A DNA stretch of 64,000 nt from an uncultured bacterium (GTDB lineage Bacteria > JAGOEH01 > CAYLKS01): positions 3,567-67,566 of the forward strand of contig CAYLKS010000005.1 of the NCBI GenBank assembly GCA_964384205.1, given 5' to 3'. Every line of letters starts with the position of its first letter. Position 1 is the first letter of the stretch. The position numbers and the translations under genes were made by a program. Below the pieces are notes generated by a model, which was not told the origin of the DNA, searched no databases, and saw only the letters and a program-made list of their open reading frames with translations. This document shows, one piece after another, positions 41,625-50,990 of this stretch.

Positions 41625-41716
41625 TTAATCTTCCTTTGTTTCTTTTTTTGATTTAAACTATATTAAAATAATTTTAAGCAATTGTCAATAAAAAAATTAT
41701 TATAGACAAGATAAAA

Positions 41717-43666
41717 TCATTTTATTACAATCTCATCACAAAATATCCAGGCTTTACCACCATATCCAATATGCCATTTTGGGCATGTTCTTATATTCTT
41801 TGCAACTACTTTTATATATCTAAGTTTTTTCGATATTTTAAAACTAAAATTTTTTACTCCCATTTTACCTTCTGGTTTAATAAATTCTGAATATTCACCT
41901 AATTTAATATAATTTCTCCCATCTATAGAATAATACGCTATAACCTCTTTGGGATAAAAAATCCAGGATAATTGATTCTGCATAAAATAAGCATCAACTT
42001 CCTTAATATAACGAACTCGTTTTAAATCTATTGTCGCTTCCAGATCACTTCCTTCAAATCCAAGCCATTGTAAATCATGAATATCCCTGCTACCGAATTT
42101 CCCATTAATCAAGGTTTGTGCGCCATTACCATAATACTTTACACTGGGAGGATTTTTTAAAGTAATCACAGCTCCCTTTGCCAGATTATCAACTTCAATA
42201 GTTCTATCAAATCCTTTTCTTGCCGGTGGTCTAATACCTTTTCCCTTCCTATTGGTTAATCTATCCCCCAATTCTTCTCTTGCTATTTCAGCCAAAGAAT
42301 CTAATCTTGCAACTATATCAGGATATTCAGCTGATAAATCTTTCGTTTCATACGGATCATCTTCAAGATTATACAATGCCGGTTCAACTTCTATAAAAGC
42401 ATAAGGCCCAGGAAAACCATCCCTGCCCGGTTCAACCCCAACATAAGAGCGTGAACGATGTTTAAAAACTCGTTTCCACTTCCCTTCTCTTATTGCTCTT
42501 AATTCTCCCATATAATAAAAATAAAAAATATTACGCGGATTAGCGTTTTCATCACCCATCATCAATGGTAAAATACTAACTCCATCTATTGTTTTATTAG
42601 ATAATTTATACCCAACAATTTCAGCTATAGTAGGTAAAATATCAATTGTTGAAGATAATTTATTACAAACAGAACCTGCTGGTATCTTACCAGGCCATCT
42701 CATAATACAAGGTACCCTCGGCCCACCTTCAAATGCAGTTCCTTTCCCTTCTCTAAGACCACCAGTAGAACCTGCATGATTACCAAAATTTAACCATGGT
42801 CCATTATCACTTGCATATATAATTAATGTATTATCAGACAAATTATACTTATCTAAAATCTTCAAAATCTCACCAACTGACCAATCAATCTCTTCTATAA
42901 CATCACCATACATCCCCTGCTTACTTTTACCCCTAAATTTATCAGAAACTCCAAGAGGTACATGTGGCATAGAATGAGCGAAATATAAAAAAAATGGTTT
43001 ATCCTTATTCTGTTCTATAAATTTTAATGCTCTTTCTGTATATCTTGTAGTTAAAGTAGCCTGATCATCCAATGTTTTTATATAATTTACAACACTATCA
43101 CCATCAATCAAAGGCAGAGGAGGATACATTGATTTTATACCTTTTGTAGCAGGCTTTCCATCATAGTCAACAGGCCACATGTCATTAGAATAGGGCAATC
43201 CCAAATATTCATCAAAACCATGATGTATTGGCAAAAATTCTTTATAATGGCCTAAATGCCATTTACCAACCATACCGGTTGCATACCCTTTCCCCTTCAA
43301 TAATTCAGCAATTGTAAGCTCATCATGATTCAAACCTGTTTGATCCCAAGGTGCCAATGCTCCAAAAATTGAAACTCTTTCAGCATAACATCCAGTAAGT
43401 AAAGAAGCCCTTGATGCAGAACATACTGCCTGACTTGCATAGAATTGAGTAAATTGCATTCCTTCTTTTGCTAATCTATCCAAATTTGGTGTCTGAAATC
43501 CTTTTGCGCCATAAACTCCCACATCTCCATACCCTTGATCATCTGTAAAAATAATAATTATATTGGGTAATTTTTGACTATTAAAAGAACATTTTAAAAA
43601 ATTTAAAGCCACTAATGATAATGAAAACTTGGTAAATTTTTTTAAAAATTCTCTTCTTGTAGCCAT
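41717..43666 (-). CDS. Cys-type sulfatase with a Tat signal and a C-terminal discoidin-like domain
   Basis: 649 aa with a twin-arginine signal (TRREFLKKF), the sulfatase signature CSASRASLLTG (C-x-A-x-R formylglycine motif), and a ~170-aa C-terminal beta-sandwich-like extension. Confidence 0.85.
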   Translation of the reverse strand: MATRREFLKKFTKFSLSLVALNFLKCSFNSQKLPNIIIIFTDDQGYGDVGVYGAKGFQTPNLDRLAKEGMQFTQFYASQAVCSASRASLLTGCYAERVSIFGALAPWDQTGLNHDELTIAELLKGKGYATGMVGKWHLGHYKEFLPIHHGFDEYLGLPYSNDMWPVDYDGKPATKGIKSMYPPLPLIDGDSVVNYIKTLDDQATLTTRYTERALKFIEQNKDKPFFLYFAHSMPHVPLGVSDKFRGKSKQGMYGDVIEEIDWSVGEILKILDKYNLSDNTLIIYASDNGPWLNFGNHAGSTGGLREGKGTAFEGGPRVPCIMRWPGKIPAGSVCNKLSSTIDILPTIAEIVGYKLSNKTIDGVSILPLMMGDENANPRNIFYFYYMGELRAIREGKWKRVFKHRSRSYVGVEPGRDGFPGPYAFIEVEPALYNLEDDPYETKDLSAEYPDIVARLDSLAEIAREELGDRLTNRKGKGIRPPARKGFDRTIEVDNLAKGAVITLKNPPSVKYYGNGAQTLINGKFGSRDIHDLQWLGFEGSDLEATIDLKRVRYIKEVDAYFMQNQLSWIFYPKEVIAYYSIDGRNYIKLGEYSEFIKPEGKMGVKNFSFKISKKLRYIKVVAKNIRTCPKWHIGYGGKAWIFCDEIVIK

Positions 43667-43807
43667 TTAATCCTCTCTCTTTTACTATTTTATCTTACTA
43701 CTTTTATAATTTATTAATTAACTTAATTAATTATAAATAAAAAAATAATATTTTTCAATAAATTTTTTTATTGAAATGAAAAAAATTTAAAATATATTTA
43801 TATTAAG

Positions 43808-45061
43808 ATGAAAAATATATATCACAATCTCCTGTTTTATAAATTCGCACTCTATGGATTTTTAAAAAATCAAAAATACTTTGAACCATTTATAATTATA
43901 TTTCTCAAAACATATAATATCTCTTTCACTCAAATAGGTATTTTATATGCAATAAAAGAAATAACAACTAACTTTTTAGAAATTCCTTCTGGTATTTTTG
44001 CTGATGCTTTCGGCAGAAAAAAAGCAATGCTTATATCATTTTCATCATATATAATTTCATTTATCATATTCTATTCTTTTCATGATTTCTATTTTTTTTC
44101 AATAGCAATGCTCTTTTTTGGTTTTGGTGAAGCCTTCAGATCTGGAACTCATAAAGCAATGATTTATTCATATTTAAAATATAACAATCTTTCTCAATAT
44201 AAAGTGGAATTCTACGGGCACACAAGAGCCTCATCACAAATCGGCAGCGCAATATCTGTCTTAATTTCTGCCTATATTATCATTATATCCCACAATATAG
44301 CAAAAATATTCTTCTTTTCAATAATTCCATATATCATTGCATTTATTTTAATTCTCTCATATCCAAATTATTTAGATTATGAAATTAAAAACAAAAACAA
44401 AAGACTAACAACAACATTTAAAGACATTAAAAAAAACTTGAAAATCTGGTACAATATTAAAATTTTACTAAATATCTCATTATATTCAGCATATTTCAAA
44501 GCAATAAAAGATTACATCCAAGCAATCATAAAACAATTTAGTCCATTTATCATTGCTTTGCCTTTTATAAAAAAAGAACATAAAACTACTATTGTCATTG
44601 CATTTGTATATTTTGTATTCTATATATTATCATCTTTTGCTTCTGCAAATTCAAAAAAAGCTCTCGATAAAATAAAATCCAAATCAACACTACTAAATAT
44701 ATCTCTTATTTTTGCAATTGTAAGTGCATTATTGATTGCTCTATTTTATAAATTTAAATTCTTATCCATTATTATCATTATATATTTATTTATATTTCTA
44801 ATTGAGAATATCAGAAAACCAATTGCAATTGCATACATAAATGAAAAAATTAATACCGATATTTTCGCATCAATCTTATCCTTACAAAACAACCTAAGAA
44901 CAATATTAACAGCTTTAATTTCAATAATTTTTGGATTTCTTATTGATACATTATCAATTTACTGGGCATTTTTTATAATAGGCATATTGTTTATTCTCAT
45001 TTACCCTCTAATATCTATAAAAGAAAAAAACAGCGGTACGGGGAATCGAACCCCGGCTTGA
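43808..45061 (+). CDS. MFS transporter
   Basis: 417 aa with about 12 predicted TM segments. The C-terminal ~10 codons overlap the tRNA-Glu gene on the opposite strand. Confidence 0.7.
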   Translation: MKNIYHNLLFYKFALYGFLKNQKYFEPFIIIFLKTYNISFTQIGILYAIKEITTNFLEIPSGIFADAFGRKKAMLISFSSYIISFIIFYSFHDFYFFSIAMLFFGFGEAFRSGTHKAMIYSYLKYNNLSQYKVEFYGHTRASSQIGSAISVLISAYIIIISHNIAKIFFFSIIPYIIAFILILSYPNYLDYEIKNKNKRLTTTFKDIKKNLKIWYNIKILLNISLYSAYFKAIKDYIQAIIKQFSPFIIALPFIKKEHKTTIVIAFVYFVFYILSSFASANSKKALDKIKSKSTLLNISLIFAIVSALLIALFYKFKFLSIIIIIYLFIFLIENIRKPIAIAYINEKINTDIFASILSLQNNLRTILTALISIIFGFLIDTLSIYWAFFIIGILFILIYPLISIKEKNSGTGNRTPA

Positions 45062-45101
45062 TGGCTGAGAACCATCTGTCCTAGCCACTAGACGATACCG
45101 C
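45032..45101 (-). tRNA. tRNA-Glu (anticodon CTC)
   Basis: Minus-strand cloverleaf with acceptor GCGGTAT/GTACCGC, D-arm TCTAGTGGCTAGGAC, anticodon stem GATGG/CCATC with loop TTCTCAG, and T-arm GGGGTTCGATTCCCC. CCA is not encoded. Confidence 0.8.
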
Positions 45102-45142
45102 CGTAAAATTTTGCATAATTATATTAAATAATATTAATAAAG

Positions 45143-46072
45143 TCAAGAAAAAAAATCGCTTCTTTGAATTTTAGTTCCTCGTAAAAATTCCGACCATCCT
45201 AACCTTTTCTTTCCCTGTAATTGCAATGATAAAACAGAAATTATTCCTTTTCCTGTCTGAACATACAACCCTTTTTTCTCATCTGCTAATAAAACCTCTC
45301 CCGGATTGCCAGTCGTTTTATCATCTATAACCAAACAATCGAATATTTTCAATATTCTATCATGAAAATAGCAAAAAGCTCCAGGATAAGGAGAAAAGGC
45401 TCTAACTTTATTCCTTATTCTCTCTGCAGTTTCATTCCAGTTTATTCTCATATCTTTTTTTTGAATTTTAGGAGCATAATGCCAATTACCATCTTCTTGT
45501 TTTCGTGTAGGGTAATTACCTCTTTCAATTAAATCCAGTGTATCTAATAATAATTGACTTCCCTCCTTTAATAATACATTATATAAATCACCTGCATTAT
45601 AAAAATCTTTTATTTCAACTCTTTTCTGTAAAATAATATCACCATTATCCAGTTTATTAGTAAGAAAAAATGTAGTCACACCTGTTTCTTTTTCACCATT
45701 TAATAATACATATTGAATAGGCGCTGCTCCTTTATAATCTGGTAATAAGGAAGCATGAAGATTTATTGCTCCGTTTTTAGGAATATCTAATAAAACTGAT
45801 GGTAAAATCCTATACGCAACAACAACAAAAAGATCTGGTTCTAAACTTCTCAGCTTTTCTATAAGAGAATTATCTTTTAATTTATCAACTTCAATAACAG
45901 GAATATTATATTCCAATGCCACCTCTTTAACAGGAGTTGGCATTAATTTTCTATTTCTCCCCATTGGCTTATCCGGATTGGTAACCACCGCAATAGGGAT
46001 TTTATTATTTTCTATAAGAAATTTTAAATTTAAACTTGCGAACTCTGGATTACCAAAAAATATATATCTCAT
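45143..46072 (-). CDS. fmt: methionyl-tRNA formyltransferase
   Basis: 309 aa; formyltransferase N-domain (NLHASLLPDYKGAAP) plus a C-terminal domain. Confidence 0.9.
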   Translation of the reverse strand: MRYIFFGNPEFASLNLKFLIENNKIPIAVVTNPDKPMGRNRKLMPTPVKEVALEYNIPVIEVDKLKDNSLIEKLRSLEPDLFVVVAYRILPSVLLDIPKNGAINLHASLLPDYKGAAPIQYVLLNGEKETGVTTFFLTNKLDNGDIILQKRVEIKDFYNAGDLYNVLLKEGSQLLLDTLDLIERGNYPTRKQEDGNWHYAPKIQKKDMRINWNETAERIRNKVRAFSPYPGAFCYFHDRILKIFDCLVIDDKTTGNPGEVLLADEKKGLYVQTGKGIISVLSLQLQGKKRLGWSEFLRGTKIQRSDFFS

Positions 46073-46575
46073 TAAATATTCTGAATTTTTTTCAATTGAG
46101 GCTGAAGCAATTTTAACCGAGTTTTAGGAATCCTATCTATAAATAAAATCCCATCTAAATGATCATTTTCATGTTGAATAACCCTTGCAAGCAAACCATC
46201 TGCTTCGATTTTATGCTCATTTCCATCAATATCTTGAAATTTAACTTCAACTTTCTCAGGCCGTATTACATTTTCAAAAATCCCAGGCACACTCAAACAA
46301 CCTTCTTCATATTCATATTTTCCCTCAAAAGCAGTCAACTCAGGATTTATCAACACTAAAAAATCTTTTGTTTTATCTATTAATTTGTAATAAATCACAA
46401 AAATTCTTTTATCAACTCCAACCTGATTTGCAGCAAGCCCTATCCCATCATAAGCGATCATAGTATCAATCATATCATCCACAAATTTATTTAATTTTTC
46501 ATCAAAGTCAGTAACAATTTCTGACTTTTTCCTTAAAATATCATCTCCAACAACACTAATATCCAAAATAGCCAT
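46072..46575 (-). CDS. def: peptide deformylase
   Basis: 167 aa with GIGLAANQ, EGCLSVPG and HENDHLDG motifs. Confidence 0.92.
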   Translation of the reverse strand: MAILDISVVGDDILRKKSEIVTDFDEKLNKFVDDMIDTMIAYDGIGLAANQVGVDKRIFVIYYKLIDKTKDFLVLINPELTAFEGKYEYEEGCLSVPGIFENVIRPEKVEVKFQDIDGNEHKIEADGLLARVIQHENDHLDGILFIDRIPKTRLKLLQPQLKKIQNI

Positions 46576-46576
46576 C

Positions 46577-46912
46577 TTATTCTACCTTTGCAGCAATCCC
46601 ATTTTTTAATATTTCAATTTTAACTGCCTCTCCCTTTACATCTGCAATCTTTAAGATGACTTTATTGTCAACTATATTCAGTACCGTACCATAAATACCT
46701 GCATTCGTAATAACCTTATCTCCTTTTTTCAATGAATCAAGCATTGCTCTTAACTCTTTCTGCCTCTTTTGTTGAGGACGAAAAATCAAAAACCAAAAAA
46801 TTAAAATAATTACAATAAATGGTAAAAACGCAACTAACTGTTGAGTTAACGAACCATTATGTGCCTGTTGAGCACCTGCTTGTCCCATAGCATAAATTTC
46901 TGTTATAAACAT
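46577..46912 (-). CDS. yajC: preprotein translocase subunit YajC
   Basis: 111 aa, one TM segment plus the conserved FRPQQKRQKE...LKKGDKVIT. Confidence 0.85.
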   Translation of the reverse strand: MFITEIYAMGQAGAQQAHNGSLTQQLVAFLPFIVIILIFWFLIFRPQQKRQKELRAMLDSLKKGDKVITNAGIYGTVLNIVDNKVILKIADVKGEAVKIEILKNGIAAKVE

Positions 46913-47024
46913 AATTATCCTCTCCTTTTTCCCTCTATTTTACCAAAAAAAAATCCATTTGTCAATCTAATTATTAAAAATAAAAAAAATATTTTATCAA
47001 AATATAACTCAAAATAATATATTT

Positions 47025-47582
47025 CTATCTATTCCTTGAATACTTTCCTACTAACTCTGCCTTTGCAATTATATGCTTCTCAATATATTTTAACAACTCA
47101 GATTTTGTAAGGCCAGGTTTAAGATTTAATGTAGCATTAAGCGCATATAATTTAAAAAAATAACGATGAGTGCCAGAAGGAGGGCATGGTCCACCGTATC
47201 CATATTTTCTAAAATCATTTATTCCATTTGTTATTCCATTATCTAATTTTTTATCAGAAGGAAAATTCTCCGGTAATTTATTTACATTTGCAGGGATATT
47301 ATAAAGTACCCAATGAACCCATGTACCCATTGGAGCATCTGGATCATCACATATTAATGCAAAAGATTTAGTGTCCTCCGGTGCATTCTCCCAAATTAAT
47401 TCTGGGGATACATCTTCCGCATCACATGTATATTTTGCTGGAATCATACCATTATTAACAAAAGCAGGACTTTTTAATATCATTGCCTCCCCCTTTATTT
47501 TAACTGTATCAACTTCTGCTGAAAATAATTTCATCAAAAGCAACAAAAAAAAGAGTAATATACTCACTATTTTTTTTAACAT
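47025..47582 (-). CDS. YbhB/YbcL-family PEBP (Raf kinase inhibitor-like) protein with a signal peptide
   Basis: 185 aa, ...FALICDDPDAP...WVHWVLYNIP...GPCPPSGTHRYFFKLYAL. Confidence 0.8.
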   Translation of the reverse strand: MLKKIVSILLFFLLLLMKLFSAEVDTVKIKGEAMILKSPAFVNNGMIPAKYTCDAEDVSPELIWENAPEDTKSFALICDDPDAPMGTWVHWVLYNIPANVNKLPENFPSDKKLDNGITNGINDFRKYGYGGPCPPSGTHRYFFKLYALNATLNLKPGLTKSELLKYIEKHIIAKAELVGKYSRNR

Positions 47583-47737
47583 AAATAATTCTCTCCTTTT
47601 AACTTAATTTTATCACAAAAATACTCATTTGTCAAGTCAATAAAAAATTTAAATTGGTCTAAAAATAAAAAATAAACTTGATTTTATAACTTTTCTATAT
47701 AAATTTTATATAAAAATATTAAAAAAGGAGTAGGCGT

Positions 47738-49012
47738 ATGAAATTCACCAAAATATCTTTCATCATTTTATTAATTTTATTCAATTTCAGCATTTTTGCA
47801 CAAACAAAAACAACAGATACTCTTTATTACAGAAAATATGTACCAGATTCGCTGCTAAAATTAATCAGAGAACTTAACAATAAGCAAGATTCCATCTTGA
47901 ATGCAAAAAAAGATTCTGTGTTAAAAGAAATTAGAAAAGAAAAAAAAGAAAGAAGAAAAAATAGAAAAGTCCTTGGCGTAAATCTTAAAAATATAAAAAA
48001 ACCAGAATCTCCAGATGCTTTCAAAAAAGTTTTCCATTTTCCACCTGTTGCGCAACATCTAACTGGTACATGCTGGAGCTTTTCAACTACTTCATTTTTT
48101 GAATCTGAAGTCTACAGATTAACCGGTCAAAAAATAAAATTATCAGAAATTTATACTGTATATTGGGAATATATTGAAAAAATCAGACGTTATATAAGAA
48201 GATATGGAAATTCTTATGTAGCAGAAGGTTCAGAAGCTGAAGCTTTAATCGATATATGGAAAAAATATGGTATAGTTCCAGAAGAAGCATATACAGGTAT
48301 ACTACCTGGCAAAAAATATCATGATCATTCAAGATTAATAAATGAAATAACATCCTATTTAGATTACATAAAAGAAAACAATATCTGGGATGAAGATTAT
48401 GTTCTCTCTCATGTAAAATTAATATTAAACCGATATTTAGGAGAACCACCAAAAGAATTTAAATATAGAGGTAAAAAATATACGCCAAAATCTTTCCTGA
48501 AAAAAGTATTAAAACTAAATATGGATGACTATATTCCTGTTGTATCAACAAAAAGATATCCATTTTATAAAAAAGTACTATTAGATGTTCCGGATAATTG
48601 GAGAAGGAGTGAACAATATTATAATCTCCCACTTGATATATTTTACAAAATCATAAAAGAATCAATCAAAAAAGGATATAGTATAGCCATAGGAGGAGAT
48701 GTATCAGAACCTGGATATGATGGATATGAAGATATTGCAATTGTTCCAGAATGTGACATACCTCAGGCATATATAAACCAGGACTCCCGCGAATTTAGAA
48801 TTTATAATAGAACAACTACAGATGATCATGGTATTCATATTGTTGGTTATACTACAATTGATGATCACGATTGGTTCCTAATTAAAGATTCATCAAGAAG
48901 TGCTAGAAAAGGAAAATTTGAAGGCTATCTTTTTTATAGAGATGATTATATAAAACTAAAAATGTTATCTTTTCTTGTACATAAAGATTGTGTAAAAAAA
49001 TATTTAAAATAA
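47738..49012 (+). CDS. secreted papain-like C1 family peptidase (PepC/bleomycin-hydrolase-like)
   Basis: 424 aa with a signal peptide, catalytic Cys in QHLTGTCWSFSTTSF, and His/Asn in the C-terminal region (HGIHIVGYT...DSS). Confidence 0.8.
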   Translation: MKFTKISFIILLILFNFSIFAQTKTTDTLYYRKYVPDSLLKLIRELNNKQDSILNAKKDSVLKEIRKEKKERRKNRKVLGVNLKNIKKPESPDAFKKVFHFPPVAQHLTGTCWSFSTTSFFESEVYRLTGQKIKLSEIYTVYWEYIEKIRRYIRRYGNSYVAEGSEAEALIDIWKKYGIVPEEAYTGILPGKKYHDHSRLINEITSYLDYIKENNIWDEDYVLSHVKLILNRYLGEPPKEFKYRGKKYTPKSFLKKVLKLNMDDYIPVVSTKRYPFYKKVLLDVPDNWRRSEQYYNLPLDIFYKIIKESIKKGYSIAIGGDVSEPGYDGYEDIAIVPECDIPQAYINQDSREFRIYNRTTTDDHGIHIVGYTTIDDHDWFLIKDSSRSARKGKFEGYLFYRDDYIKLKMLSFLVHKDCVKKYLK

Positions 49013-49659
49013 TGGATTTAAAAGAAATTAAAAACAAAATTGCATCTGAAAGTATTGATATTGCATGTAAAGAAAGATTTTATATATCATCTGTATTTCT
49101 TCCATTAATACAATTTGAAGATGGAATATATATATTGTTTGAAAAAAGAGCAAATAACATTCGCCAGGGAGGAGAGATTTCCTTCCCTGGCGGTGGTTTT
49201 GATGACAAACATGATAAAAATTTAAAAGATACAGCTATTCGAGAAACATCAGAAGAATTAGGAATAGCAAAATCAAAAATCGAAGTATGGGATGGGCTAA
49301 ATAAAGTTGTATCACTAATCGGAGCATTAGTCTATACCTTCATTGGACATTTAACAATAACTTCTTTAAAAGAATTATCTCCAAATAAAAAAGAAGTCGA
49401 AGAAATTTTTGTACTACCCTTACAATATTTTCTAAAAAATCCTCCTGAAATATATCATGTTTATATAGAAATAAAAGCAGAAAAAAATGGAGAAATTCTG
49501 TTTCCTGTTGATAAATTAGGAATTCCTAAAAGATATGAAAAAAAATGGCAAAGACCACAAAAATATCCAGTTTATGTGTATAGAACAAAATTCGGCACAA
49601 TCTGGGGCATAACTGCTGATATTTTATATGATTTTACCCAAAAATTAAATAAATCTTAA
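48988..49659 (+). CDS. Nudix hydrolase, CoA pyrophosphatase-like
   Basis: 223 aa with the Nudix box GGGFDDKHDKNLKDTAIRETSEELGI and the upstream FPGG motif typical of NudL/CoAse. Overlaps the preceding gene by 25 nt. Confidence 0.8.
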   Translation: MCKKIFKIMDLKEIKNKIASESIDIACKERFYISSVFLPLIQFEDGIYILFEKRANNIRQGGEISFPGGGFDDKHDKNLKDTAIRETSEELGIAKSKIEVWDGLNKVVSLIGALVYTFIGHLTITSLKELSPNKKEVEEIFVLPLQYFLKNPPEIYHVYIEIKAEKNGEILFPVDKLGIPKRYEKKWQRPQKYPVYVYRTKFGTIWGITADILYDFTQKLNKS

Positions 49660-50099
49660 AAAATAGTATAATAAAAATAAAATAATCAATTTTACAAAAT
49701 TATAAACTATTACAACAAGAATAGTAATTAAAATTGAACATATACCTTTGTGCTAAATAATGTTTTATTTATATTAAATAATTAATTTTAACTTACCACA
49801 AATTGATATTTTTGGCAACCTCATAAAAATTTATACTGCGTCAATATTTAGTCAATATTTACACTATATTGACCCATTAGAGAGACCTAAAATTATTTTA
49901 AACCATTTGTTTTTCAAATAAATAAAATTTATCAGCAATTATTAAAGTACATATAACTTAAAATTCATAACATAAAATATAGTGTCTGTAGTCGAAATGC
50001 CCATAGTGGAAATTTTATTAATCTATTAATAAAATTTAAGATTTGAATTGATTTATATCAATAAAATGATTATATTAACATACAAAAAAGGAGGATACT

Positions 50100-50789
50100 A
50101 TGAAAATAAAATATTTTGGTCATTCTGCAATTCTAATCGAATCAGATGATGCAAATATTTTATTTGATCCTTTTATAACAGGAAATCCATGGGCATCAAA
50201 CATAAAAGTTTCTAATATAAAAGCAGATTATATCCTTGTATCACATGGTCACGGAGATCACATAGGAGATACTATAGAAATTGCAAAAAACAATAATGCA
50301 ACTGTTATCGCTCCTTATGAACTTGCTATGTTCTTATCTAAACATAATATAAATGTCCATCCAATGCATATTGGTGGCTCATTTAACTTTCCATTTGGCA
50401 AAGTGAAATTAACAATTGCTACCCATGGTTCTGCATTTATTGATGATAAGAATAATATAATTTACACAGGCAATCCATGTGGTTTTTTGGTAACATTAGA
50501 AGGTAAAACATTTTATTTTGCAGGTGATACAGGTTTATTTTATGATATGAAATTAATTGGAGAAACTAATGAAATTGATTATGCATTCCTGCCAATTGGT
50601 GGTAATTTCACAATGGATATTGATGATGCTATTATTGCAACAAAATTTTTAAATCCTAAAAATGTTATCCCTATACACTACAAAACTTTTGATATAATTA
50701 AAGCAGAACCAGAAAATTTCAAAAATAAACTTAATGATACTAACACAAATGTGTTGATTATAGAACCAACAAAAGAAGTATCAATTTAA
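50100..50789 (+). CDS. UPF0173-family metal-dependent hydrolase (MBL fold)
   Basis: 229 aa, MKIKYFGHSAILIE...VSHGHGDHIGD. Confidence 0.8.
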   Translation: MKIKYFGHSAILIESDDANILFDPFITGNPWASNIKVSNIKADYILVSHGHGDHIGDTIEIAKNNNATVIAPYELAMFLSKHNINVHPMHIGGSFNFPFGKVKLTIATHGSAFIDDKNNIIYTGNPCGFLVTLEGKTFYFAGDTGLFYDMKLIGETNEIDYAFLPIGGNFTMDIDDAIIATKFLNPKNVIPIHYKTFDIIKAEPENFKNKLNDTNTNVLIIEPTKEVSI

Positions 50790-50801
50790 GGAGATAATTG
50801 A

Positions 50802-50990
50802 ATGAAATATATTCTCTTGGCAATATTCTTATATTTAGCATATCAAATTTATATAATCATCAAAAAAATAAAAAATGCTGTAAATAAGTTTCAGCCGGAA
50901 AATAATAATAAACAAGAATCTTGTAGTGATATCTATGAAAAACCAAAAGATGTTGAAGATGCAGAATTTAAAGAATTAGATAATGAATAA
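50802..50990 (+). CDS. small membrane protein (single N-terminal TM segment, acidic tail)
   Basis: 62 aa, MKYILLAIFLYLAYQIYIIIKK..., overlapping the uvrB start by 8 nt. No family recognised. Confidence 0.35.
   Translation: MKYILLAIFLYLAYQIYIIIKKIKNAVNKFQPENNNKQESCSDIYEKPKDVEDAEFKELDNE

Noticed and set aside
49660-50099. A riboswitch or sRNA in the 440-bp AT-rich gap upstream of the UPF0173 hydrolase.
   Set aside because: The segment is extremely AT-rich with no extended GC-supported helices or recognisable riboswitch core motifs. Only the short repeat motif at 49839-49873 stands out, and it is reported separately.
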